Source of the DNA: Podarcis liolepis
Taxonomy: Eukaryota
DNA length: 64,000 bases
Assembly: GCA_965112155.1 (NCBI GenBank)
Contig: OZ218107.1
Direction: 5' to 3' (one strand)
Position 1 is the first letter of the stretch. Every line of letters begins with the position of its first letter. Made by a program: the position numbers and the translations under genes. Shown in pieces: positions 39,688 to 50,899 of this stretch. The notes under the pieces are model-generated. The model saw nothing but the letters and a program-made list of their open reading frames with translations, ran no database searches and was not told where the DNA came from.

Positions 39688-39779
39688 CGATATGTGTGTT
39701 TGAAGGCAAAACATACTTTGAAGGTGAAAGAGAAACTGTACATTCAAACTCAGGGGATTGCATTCTGTTTGAATGCAAG
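39688..39779 (+). CDS. NELL2: NELL2 exon 10 equivalent, VWC2
   Basis: ctgcag|...|gtaaga; ICVFEGKTYFEGERETVHSNSGDCILFECK; 92 bp. Confidence 0.95.
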
Positions 39780-40164
39780 GTAAGATCACTGTTAGCTTAT
39801 TCTCTTCCTTGTAATGTGCCCTTACCCATAGTTAAACCTGACAAAAAATATGGTAGCAGTAGCTTTCTAGGTTTGATGTGTTTTGCCAGTTTTTATACCA
39901 ATCTTAACTGAATATATATGTATTTAAAAATGGGGTTCTATGTAAGTTTAAGTCCCTTGGTAGTATGCTTGTTTTGCAAGACAAATGTTTTGGAAAAGTG
40001 GGGTGTTATTGAACAAGAGGATGCATAAGGTTGCTGGTAACGTCACTGCACAATATATTGCGCAACAGTTGCACAAACAGTTTTTACCAATGCATCTGCT
40101 GCATAGGATTCCTTTGTTGACCATTATTATTAAAACTCATCTGAGACAGCAGGATAGCCCATAC

Positions 40165-40524
40165 CAAGGGTCGGCAAAGTTTTTGTGGCTTGGGCCGGTT
40201 CACGGTCCCACAGATGACACGGTGGGCTGGAGTGTGTGCTTGCACACGCATGCATGCATGTGCAAATGCTATTTTCAGCGCTCCTTCTGGCACAGAGGAG
40301 GCGTGCACAGCTTCCCATTGGTGCAGCTTCCCATTGGCTGCAGGAAGCTCCTGCAGCCAATGGGAAGCTGGCCAGAGTTGCAGGAGGCAGTCCCCGCTCT
40401 GCTCTGTGCTGGTTTAGTGCAGCGCACGGGAGCTGACTGAGCAGGCAGCGGGGGTCCATGGGCCGGATAAACGACCCCCCATGGGCTGCTTGTGGCCCAT
40501 GGGCCTTAGGTTGGCTGACCCCTG
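40165..40524 (+). mobile_element. hAT MITE
   Basis: CAAGGGTCGGCAAA ... TTGGCTGACCCCTG; TSD GCCCATAC/GGCCATAC (7 of 8). Confidence 0.82.
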
Positions 40525-41367
40525 GGCCATACACTAGCAGACAGAGGATGTTGGATACGGTCCAGTTTTGTTTTGATTTCTGTTATCCGAGGAGAAAATT
40601 GAGAGCAAGTTTGAAGCCTGCAGCTTCCACTCTGCCATTTCCCTTATCATTGGTAGAAATGAACAGAATAACCAGTAAGTTCTCATATTTGGGACCTGAT
40701 CCCTATATATAAAATTCACTTCTTTATAATTATATCTAAATAATAAGCCCTGCACCACCCTAGCCACATTGTGTACAATATTTCACTAACTCTGTAATAT
40801 TGTTTCATCATATTTATTGAAAGGTTGAGTAATGTGGGATTTTGTTAATGCTTTTGCTTTTACTTTAAAGCTGAATTTTATACAAAGTTTCTTTCTCCAA
40901 ACAATACTTTCCTGACATATGGCTATTGACTTTTGTAGAGAGAGGAAAAAAAGAATATTGATAAAACTGAGATCAGCTTATTTAAGCTTCTGGATTGTTG
41001 TGAGAAAGGAACTCTGAAAGAAAAATGAGTTTTGAGTTTCTTCTATCTGTAGCAACCTGCTAGTAATCCATATCAATGAAAGCATCTGTCCTTTAAAAAA
41101 AAACTTTTTGAAAACATTTTAGGAAAATTACAGCAATTTGGGGTAGAAGGGAAACTATTCTTAGTATTTTAATTAAACATTTTGATTCATTGCTTCTCTA
41201 TGGTTTTGCGCCAATGGATTTTGTTATGAAGCTGGATGATGACAAAAAACCTGGCTGTTGAGTAATTTACACTTTCTAGCTGCATTTTTATTGCATGCTT
41301 TAAATCTGCATATGCACTTAATTTTGTTTTTTTTTTTAAGTACATAATGATCGTTCCCCCCCAATAG

Positions 41368-41470
41368 GACTACAAAATGCAACGTATAGTGAAGTCAGAT
41401 TGCCCCGCCTTGAACTGTCCAGAATCTCAGCAAATCTCCTTATCTAACAGCTGCTGTAAAGTTTGTAAAG
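41368..41470 (+). CDS. NELL2: NELL2 exon 11 equivalent, VWC2
   Basis: caatag|...|gtaagg; DYKMQRIVKSDCPALNCPESQQISLSNSCCKVCK(G); 103 bp. Confidence 0.95.
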
Positions 41471-41495
41471 GTAAGGCAAATGAAAGAATTTACTC

Positions 41496-42591
41496 TTGCA
41501 ACCACGCGGGGAAATGAACAGCTGAGATACATAGACTGAGTGAACTGGGGCACATTTATATATTTATTCATTTAACCCAAAACCGATCTCCACGTGGAAA
41601 CCAAGGTGTGGGATCTAATTAATAGAATGTGGGTGAGCCAACCTGTGAATGGTTCCTCTGCTTTCTCTCTCAAGCATCACCCTCTCAAGTGAGTAAAAAG
41701 GCCTACCTGATCCATCCCATCTTTGGGGCCCCAGCAACTCTAGGCAGATGTTACTTGTTGGTACCGAAGGTGCTGCCTAACCAGGCCGCTGAGCCCCACA
41801 TTAGGACTACGCCACTTACCCTTAAAGATGCCTGATGTTGCTCGCCAAACCTAAACTGTGTCATAACTACCTGCACCTACCTTATAAAGGTAAAGGTAAA
41901 GGGACCCCTGACCATTAGATCCAGTCGCGGACGACTCTGGGGTCGCAGTGCTCATCTTGCTTTATTGGCCGAGGGAGCAGGCATACAGCTTCCGGGTCAT
42001 GTGGCCAGCATGACTAAGCTGCTTCTGGTGAACCAGAGCAGCGCATGGAAATGCCGTTTACATTCCTGCTGGAGTGGTACCTATTTATCTACTTGCACTT
42101 TGACGTGCTTTTGAACTGCTAGGTTGGCAGGAGCAGGGACCGAGCAATGGGAGCTCACCCTGTCATGGGGATTCGAACCACTGACCTTCTGATTGGCAAG
42201 CCCTAGGCTCTGTGGTTTAACCCACAGCGCCACCCATGTCCCTACCTTATAATGTGGTCAAGTAACCTCTTTAAAGACTATCCCTCCTCTAAGTTCCAGG
42301 CTACCACATCAGTACATAGCAGGCAAAACAAGCAGCCTAGCAAGGCCAATCCGCTCACGAGCAAAAAATCCACCCTCAGCGCCCCAAAAACAATTGGCCA
42401 ATGCCTGTACTGTCTATAGGGCGGGAGGATACGTAGCCAACAGAATGAAGAGGGTGCCAGAAGAATGAGGTGGGCTTAAATAGCCCCACCCACCCACTCC
42501 CAGTGTCAGTGTTGCATGCCTCTGCACATGGAAGTCACTTCTCAGGCCTCTACACTTCCTGAGCAGCTGCAGCAGCTACTTGCCGCCACAA
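41496..42591 (-). mobile_element. Degenerate member of the same LTR-like family, copy C, interrupted by a Sauria SINE
   Basis: Minus strand: GTTGTGGCGG start, TATTTAA, GGGTGGATTTTTT..ATTGGC..TTTTGCCTGC, AATAAA, TTGCAA end; ~730 bp once the SINE is removed. Confidence 0.5.
41888..42242 (-). mobile_element. Sauria SINE, full length
   Basis: Reverse complement of the other copies; TSD TACCTTATAA at 41878-87 and 42243-52. Confidence 0.93.
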
Positions 42592-43309
42592 CTGCTTCGA
42601 GCATGGTGACCGTGGGAATGCTGGAAAATGAAAAACTTATCATGTATCTGATAAAACATGCAAACGTTTAAGCCACAATAGATCTATGAATCTTCAAGGT
42701 GCCGCAATACCCGTTCTGTTTTGTTGCTGCCTCAGTATACTAACATAGGTACCCTTTTGAAAAAATCCCTTTGAAAAGTATCAGCCGGTGACTGTCTGAG
42801 GATGGAAGGGGAAGAAAGCAATTTGTGGCATTTCTCCCCACACTCCTGCAGCAATCTCCAACCCCCTATGTGTGTGGGACACTGGGGCAGATTTAGAGGG
42901 GGGGGGCTCCAGGAGGGAGGCGGGATTGCTGAAAATGGCATCCTTCCATGTAGAAGCAGAACTGTTGCAGTCACCTAAATAGTAGGGAACATATGGATCG
43001 CTTCCATGCTGTTCCCACTGGGCTGTGATCGTGGCTGATTGTGTGTACATCATAATAGCTGTAGTTGCTTTATCAGTTAACATGGTTTGGTTTGCTGATA
43101 GAACACCGAATTCCCACTTTAATGTTGTTCACTATGGAGAGTTAAAGGAATACGGAGGATTATAGTCTCACATTTATCACATGGCACTTTGAACAGATGG
43201 TGTGTGCCCTGATTTGCAATGCAGGGTAAAAGATAAAGGTATTCTCTGGGGTTTTCTTGTCTGCTGTTCTCATCCAGGGCGATATTGGTTCCTTCAAAGC
43301 TGTGAGCAG

Positions 43310-43315
<6 letters not shown>

Positions 43316-43366
<51 letters not shown>
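43316..43366. repeat. Compound (TC)n(AC)n microsatellite
   Basis: Directly visible. Confidence 0.95.
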
Positions 43367-44649
43367 TCTTCTGGTTTTTCTAATAGATAAACCATTTCAA
43401 ATATGAAACAAGTTCCCAGTCTCCTGGGTTTCACCATATACTTGTGTTTCGAAAAAGAGAGCCACATTCGGTTCCTGGGTTATCCAGGCACCAAGTATGT
43501 AATTAGTGAAACCAGACATAAAAATTAGATGAAAGAATATGACAGAAACTGGATAAGATCCTGGCTATCCTATCTATTGAAATAAACTCAAAAGGACATT
43601 TTCACGGATGGATTTAAATTATTTAAATGGCTCCGAGGGATATGTTCATTACGATATTTCTTGATTATTCATGGAGACCACACAGGCTTGAGAAGTGTAA
43701 TTGGCAGGTTTCATGCTTGTTATCAGAACATTCCCATGTCTGTCTGTGTGTGGGGCAGCTTGAATTTGCCCGTCAGGAGCTGCCTACAGATCTTATCTCT
43801 GAAAGCCTAAATTAGTATATAATTAATCTCCTGTACTTGCTCTCTTATAGTGCTGCATAGCCACAAGGAGCATATTGATCAATAATGAAAATGTAACCGC
43901 CATCTCCTGTGATGCTCAGGTTCTGACACAAACTGATAGAAGCCGGGAAAAGTCTAGCCTAAGGCTAATACTTTGTCCTTAACTAGGGCTCCTTTGTGAG
44001 GGAAGACAGAACAGGACAAAGGCTGCCATAGGACCAAATACTGCTATTCATAAGCAAATAGAAAAGCCATAAATGCTGAGGGTGACATACAGATTGGGAA
44101 CAAAGAATGGTTCTTCGTAGACATTCTTGCTTCGGAATTAACTACTAATTAGCTGGCTACCCCTGCTGAGGAGCCCAGGAGGTGGCTGGGCAGACAACAT
44201 ACAGTTTCCGAGTCATTTCTGGTAAGCAGTATTATTGTCCCACAATGGCAGCTGACAATTTCTGCTTGTGAATCACTTGCACTGACCATGGCTGTCACAT
44301 CCTGCCAAGTGTTGAGGACCATTTTACTGAACATTTGAACACAATGAGAAATCCAGGAATGTAAGAGGTGGGAGGAGAGAGAATCCACCACTTAGAAGGA
44401 TGTTGCAGGTGACATCACATGCATACCGCCCATAAGTTACACCCCCCCCCATAAATGTTTTCTGCACTTGCCCATAGTGACTTGCCCTCAGAGATTTACG
44501 GCTGGATAAGGCTTAAAACTGGTGCCTTGCACTTCAAAACACTAAAACTATTACATTTCTCTTTAGCGTTGGCCATTGTCAAGAGGTGGTAACTGTTAAT
44601 TAAGGACAGATAGTTGAATTCACCTATGCTATTTAACTAGATTATATAC

Positions 44650-45033
44650 CTGACACGGATGGTGCTGTAGTCTAAACCACTGAGCCTCTTGGGCTTGCTG
44701 ATCAGAAGGTCAGCGGTTTGAATCTGCATGATGGAGTGAGCTCCCATTGCTCTGTCCCAGCTCCTGCCAACCTAACAGTTTGAAAGCATGCCAGTGCAAG
44801 TAGATAAATAGGTACTGCTGCGACAGGAAGGTAAACAGAGTTTCCGTGCACTCTGGTTTCTGTCATGGTGTTCTGTTGCGCCAGAAGTGGCTTAGTCATG
44901 CTGGCCACATGACCTGGCAACTTGTCTGTGGACAAACACTGGCTCCCTTGGCCTGAAAGTGAGATGAGCGTCACAACCCCATAGTTGCCTTTCACTGGAC
45001 CTAACTGCCCAGGGGTCCTTTACCTTTTTTACC
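44650..45033 (+). mobile_element. Sauria SINE, more diverged subfamily
   Basis: GGTGCTGTAGTCTAAACCACTGAGCC...GCTCCTGCCAACCT...CCTTTACC. Confidence 0.88.
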
Positions 45034-45743
45034 TATTAGATTATAATGATGATAGCATTGATCTGGGTCAGTTGAACATAAATTTTCCTCTTGATCTTTA
45101 GAAGCCTTGGTTTGGTTCCCACAGTGGCAACCACCAGTTCAAGTGTTTTGATAATCATATTCAAGTTAGCCTTTGCCAACCTGTGTAGTTTTTTTGGACC
45201 ATTATTATTATTTATTAAATTTGTATACCACCCTGTACCTGCAGGTCTCAGTGCTCTGTTAGCTGGGGCTAATGGGAGTTGTGGTCCAGAAAACCTGGAG
45301 GGCACCATGTTAGCAAACACTGCTCCTAAGTACTTGAAAATGATAGTGGTTGTAAACTATAATGGTTGTTGAGGAAGAAACTACTCACTGGTCCTGCTGA
45401 TGAGGTGCTAGGCTCTAGGTATCAAGAGCAAAATTCATATAGCAGCTGGTGGGGCATTGTTGCTCACTTGGCTTCTCAGTGCCATGTGTTGCTGCCAGGT
45501 ACCAAGAGGGAAAGTGAGAGGAGCTGGAGGCAGTGGGGAGTTTGGTATGGTGTGGAATGGTTCAGCTGCTGCATCTGCACCACACCAAGCTCCTTGCTGC
45601 CTCTCTTCCACTCTCAGTACCCAGCAGCAGTGAATGCCATTAGAAAGCCAAGTGAGTAATACTGCCCTGCCCTGGCAGCCACTACCGAATATATATTTGA
45701 GAAGTCTTTTTTAAAATCTGCTCCACTTCCTAGTGGGGAGGAG

Positions 45744-46753
45744 TTGCGGTGGACTGCGTGGCCACCCACTACTCACCGGGATGCGGGGGACTTTGTCTCC
45801 CGTCGCCTGGGGATCCCGGCCACGTCAGAATCCGGCCAGCCAATCCGCTGGTCGGTGGCGTGTGGCCGGGACAGTTTAAACCGAGGAGCGAGCCAGAGGA
45901 CTTCCTCTTTGGCTCGCTTCCTCAATCACCCACCCTTCCTCCCTATTTCACAGGTTAGGCACTGGCCTTGCTATGGACCTCGGTTGGTCGCCTTGGTTGT
46001 TCGAGGGGCCTGGTAGGAATTTTTTCCACTTGGCAAATTGGCACTGTCCACTTGGTTTTCGCCTACCTCGTAGCAATTGTCACAACTTTGTTAGGGTTGC
46101 GGTTAGGCATTGTTTGACCTTGTGTGGGGGAGGGGAGGTGTGGCTATCACCTGCCCCTCCATGCTTAAGGGTATTCTGTTAAAGAAATCTGGGGGTGCTG
46201 ATCTTGTCTGAAGCCTGGCTGGGGGGCTAGGGCCTTGACATGACCCCAATGGGAACACCAGGGGGAGCTTGAGTTGGTTCGCATCGACAGGGCTCCTCCT
46301 ACCAGTGGTTTACCCTTACCAGACTTCCTGCACATGGGCAGGAGTCAGATATAGTTGGGTCCAATCAATGCCTAAGCCAATACTGCTCACATTCTGTAAT
46401 TCAATAAAGTTGTGGCCAAAATTTGCCCAATAACATAAACCTAATATCTGTGTCCTTGTGTGAGTTATTTCCAATGAAGAAGAGTTTGGATTTGATATCC
46501 CGCCTTTCACTCCCCTTCAGGAGTCTCAAAGCGGCTAACATTCTCCTTTCCCTTCCTCCCCCACAACAAACACTCTGTGAGGTGAGTGGGGCTGAGAGAC
46601 TTCACAGAAGTGTGACTGGCCCAAGGTCACCCAGCAGCTGCATGTGGAGGAGCGGAGACACGAACCCGGTTTCCCAGATTACGTGACTACCGCTCTTAAC
46701 CACTACACCACACTGGCTCTCTGAGGGGGTGGCTGCGGGGTCTCGACACGCAA
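45744..46753 (+). mobile_element. ~750-bp LTR-like repeat, copy B, interrupted near its 3' end by a SINE
   Basis: TTGCG start, CAGCCAATC, TTTAAA, ENE-like motif 46012-46067, AATAAAGTTGTGGCC 46403, CACGCAA end; shares motif order with copy A. Confidence 0.8.
46476..46720 (-). mobile_element. tRNA-derived CORE-type (MIR-like) SINE
   Basis: Minus strand: A-box TGGTGTAGTGG, B-box-like GGTTCGTGTC, GGGTGACCTTGGGCCAGTCAC core, (TCT)n tail. Confidence 0.8.
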
Positions 46754-46919
46754 ATACAGAAATGGCCATGTGGCCCAAGAAAGACAATGAATGGATATAC
46801 GTAAGCCTCAATCCTAGAAGGTTAAAATTGGTTGGAATTGTGCTGCTGACTTCAGAAGGAACTGAATAGCCTACTTCAGTTGTTTAGCATTTCTAAGCAT
46901 CATTGTTACTTACTTTTAG

Positions 46920-47048
46920 GCCATGACTTTTGCTCTGAAGGACACAAGTGCTTGGAGAATTCTTTCTGCAGGAACCTTGAAGACAGGGCTGTCTGTAGCT
47001 GCCGAGATGGATTCCGAGCTCTCCGAGAGGACAATGCATACTGTGAAG
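46920..47048 (+). CDS. NELL2: NELL2 exon 12 equivalent, EGF1
   Basis: ttttag|...|gtaatg; HDFCSEGHKCLENSFCRNLEDRAVCSCRDGFRALREDNAYCE(D); 129 bp. Confidence 0.98.
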
Positions 47049-48123
47049 GTAATGCTTTGTAAATAAATCTGTTTCAGGTATAATAATTAGTGTGGATTAC
47101 TGCAAAAAGTATGTATTAATTCACAACTTGTCAAAGTGATGGGCTCATTAAATTCAGGGGATTTAATTTAAAGCATATTAATCAGCTGAAGTAATTATCT
47201 CTCCAATTAAGGTTCTCCCTTTCCTAAAAATAATAATCTGATCTGTGTCAAAGTAATATGTTAATACAACTGAATTCTTGATTTGGAAATTAATATATTA
47301 CTACAGTATGTACTTTCCCCCATTCAAATCTCACTCAGATAAGCTAAAATTCAAATATCGTGTCATTTTAATATAACTCCTGAGTTGTTACACCTCTTCA
47401 TTAATCCCCAGGTATATTTATGTTACCTTAAAGGTTGTATAAAGTAAGCAACAGGAGATAGATTTAAATATCTTGTGGTAAGCATCATTTTACTAACAAA
47501 CATCCCGTCCAAAAGATGTAGCATTGTTCCCATGGGGTGGGGAAAGTTGGTTGTTCTCATTGGCCAGCTACAGGCTGATGTGCTGGAAAGCACATTGTTG
47601 CTTTTACAGTTTCTTCAAAGTTCCAGGCCAGTTTGTGATCAAGGCCAGATGACACACATTCTAAGGTATTCCAGTTATTGCCTGATGCCTTTTGATGGAA
47701 TGAGTTCAGCTGTGAGTCAGCAAGTATTGAATATGGAGGATGTGTAGGTGCTTGTACGAACCACCTCTCATATACTTGGCTATCATATGGAGAAACATTA
47801 TTGCTATGTTTGGCCACCTGAATACGCTGAAACAGAAAAATGCCAAGGCATTGCAATTATGAGAGATATCCATTATCTTCCTTTTCCACCACCATTTCCT
47901 CCTGGCAGGGCATGCTGAAGTAGAACAGCATGTAACTAAATATTTCCTTCTCCATTAATTACAAATCTGTAAGCAATTACTTTGTCAGGTGAAGCTGGAA
48001 AATAATTGCATTTGAAAGCTTTATTTGCAAGATCGGTATTAAAATGTAGCTAAGCATGAACAAAATAATTGGTTTTACTTTTCAGGACAAATAAAATAAT
48101 TATTGGCTTTTATCGTTGCAATC

Positions 48124-48466
48124 GGGACGCGGGTGGCGCTGTGGGTTAAACCACAGAGCCTAGGGCTTGCCGATCAGAAGGTTGGCGGTTCAAATCCCTG
48201 CGACGGGGTGAGCTCCCGTTGCTCGGTCCCTGCTCCTGCCAACCTAGCAGTTCGAAAGCACGTCAAAGTGCAAGTAGATAAATAGGTACCACTCCGGCGG
48301 GAAGGTAAACGCCGTTTCCGTGCGCTGCTCTGGTTTGCCAGAAGGGCTTAGTCATACTGGCCATATGACCCGGAAGCTCCCTTGGCCAGTAAAGAGAGAT
48401 GAGCGCCGCAACCCCAGAGTTGGTCACGACTGGACCTAATGGCCAGGGGTCCCTTTACCTTTACCT
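48124..48466 (+). mobile_element. Sauria SINE, young
   Basis: CpG-rich; 16-bp perfect TSD TTTTATCGTTGCAATC at 48108-23 and 48467-82. Confidence 0.95.
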
Positions 48467-50673
48467 TTTTATCGTTGCAATCCTGGAATAGGTTGGGTAT
48501 TTTTATGGCACTTGTAGAAAACCTTTGCGCCCCCCCCCCATGTTGTTGAACACCCTTAATCCATGGTCATTGGTCATGCTTGTTGGCACTGATGGAAGCT
48601 GCTGTTCTGCAACATCTGGATGGCCAAAGGGTTCCTCATACCCAGAGGCTGCAGTTGTAGTCACTGTCAAAATGCTTTCTGCACTATAAAGCTGAAGTTC
48701 ACTTCTGAGTAGAGATACATAGGGCTGCACTGCGTGTGGTCTATATTATACAGTTATAATTGTTTGCGGCTGTTGAGATTGTTAATAAAGGAATGTGCTT
48801 GATTGCCAGCCATGAAGGCAAATGGTAAACCTATTTTTCCACTAATGAAGCATTTTCTAAAGATTCAGTGAGAGATGAGAGGTAAATCAAACATGCCAAT
48901 GAAAACACTGGCAAGACTTGTATCACCTGTAGAGTTGATAATTTAGTCATGGTTTTGAAATGCTTGTTGGCTTTTTAAGAAAGGATTGCATAACAAAATC
49001 TCCAAAAATCAGCAAAGGATGCTAAGGATATTTGCATAGGAGCATGTCTTATTTCTTTAAGTGGGAATTTCTCCCAGTAAATCTGGATGATTTGAAGTTG
49101 GTATAGTAAGTGATATTTACTGCCTTAACTTTCATTAGCTCTAGTTTCTGAATAGAATGGACAAATTGGGCAATTTTGGTTTCCCCCAGTTTCTTATATT
49201 TTCAGTGTATATTTTCATATTGCTTTCTTTTCAGTATTTTCTGTTCATTATTTTAATGTACATTTCTGCTAATACACATTTCAATATGCCATCTTACGTA
49301 TTATATGCATTACGTATTATACACATTTTTGCAAGCAATTTCTCCTAATAGTGTGCATTTTTCTATGTTATTTTCACTAATTACCCATTTTTGTGGAAAC
49401 TTTCCTCTGACCTATGTACTTTTGTACAATTTCTTTGGCTGGGGTATTTCCTTTCAAAAATTGGAGAACTGTGAATGTCAGAGGATAGCTATGTTTCTGT
49501 TCAATTAAATATAAATTGAACCAAATTTCTACTGCATCCCTACTTCTGATTACCTTGTTGAGAGCTCCTTGTTATTAAATGCCCACTTCTGTTTTTCTTG
49601 CTGTTAGCTGTCATATCTTCTAAGGCAACATCTGTATTCACCTGCCTCCTTAGCTAATTAGGTGCTGTGAATAAATTTGCCCCTTCCATTTTTTAACAGC
49701 TACTTGTAATCTGGCACAATCTCTTGCTTTCTCATACTACAGATCATAAGAAGGTGAATCAAAATCCCATTACGTACACTGCCATCAAGCAATTGTTAAT
49801 TTGTGCAAAGGGGGGAGGGGAACATTTTCAGAACTGTTGCTACAGTAGCTTGTTTTAGATATTCACAATGTTATGTCTTAATTAAAAATAAAATAGATAG
49901 AAACTCCACTGAAATGCATGGGAATTGAGCCATTAATTTCAGTAGGCATCAGGTGCTCCAACTCTAGGGGGCCGAGGTGTCACCCCTGGAAGGCAATCTC
50001 TATGCTGTTCGAAACCCCATTTGCTCTATGTAGTACAGTATTTCTTGACAAATTTGTCCTTTATAATGGGAGGCAGTGTGATTGTTTTACTGATGTCTTT
50101 TTAAAGGTTTATGGTGATTCTGAGTACATATTTCTGACAGAATAAACATCATTTTCAGTTGACTGCTGTGCAGAGTTATCTTTTAAAATTTAATGAGGAC
50201 ATTCAACCGGTGGTAAATTTCTGCCCATATCTTCCAAAATTAGGTCAGGTTTTATTTACTAGCTGAAATAAATAGATGGCTGGATTTTATTTTATTTTAA
50301 AGGCTGGGTGTACTACTTCACAAAAAGCAGTTCTAAGGAGCTCACACTCAGTATTAGTTTGTGATTCCTGATTGATTTAATTTAAAGATTCTTGCAACAT
50401 GATACGGTTGGTGATGCCAGGGGTTCTAATAGATGCCTGCAAAGTCTGAAAGCTGGCACACAATTTGCTCCAGCAGAGTTCAGTTTCCAAAATCCCAGTC
50501 CTGTGTTCCTATGCTACACCTAGTTGAGAGGAGAGCAGCCTCCTGGGACATAGACACAGTTCAAAATAACCATGGCTGTCTCACTGAGCATGTATTTCTT
50601 CAAAGCTTGGCATTTTGGAAAGGTCAGCTGCTGAAGAGATGAAGAAAGAAGTGGCAAGATATGTATCAGTTTA

Positions 50674-50899
50674 CAGTGGTACCTCTGGTTATGTACTTAA
50701 TTCGTTCCGGAGGTCCGTTCTTAACCTGAAACTGTTCTTAACCTGAAACACCACTTTAGCTAATGGGGCCTCCTGCTGCCGCTGCACCGCCGCTGCACAA
50801 TTTCTGTTCTCATCCTGAAGCAAAGTTCTTAACCCGAGGTACTATTTCTGGGTTAGCGGAGTCTGTAACCTGAAGCGTATGTAACCCGAGGTACCACTG
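50674..50899 (+). mobile_element. Tigger/pogo-like MITE
   Basis: TA|CAGTGGTACCTC ... GAGGTACCACTG|TA. Confidence 0.9.

Noticed and set aside
39985-40534. Overlapping 134-151 aa ORFs
   Set aside because: They lie over a GC-rich palindromic MITE that is open on both strands by composition
45744-46753. Hammerhead retrozyme or MALAT1-like (ENE + encoded A-tract + tRNA-like) locus
   Set aside because: By eye there is no CUGANGA/GAAA core with proper stems, and no encoded A-rich tract or tRNA-like cloverleaf after the U-rich loop; a PAN-type poly(A)-dependent ENE fits better
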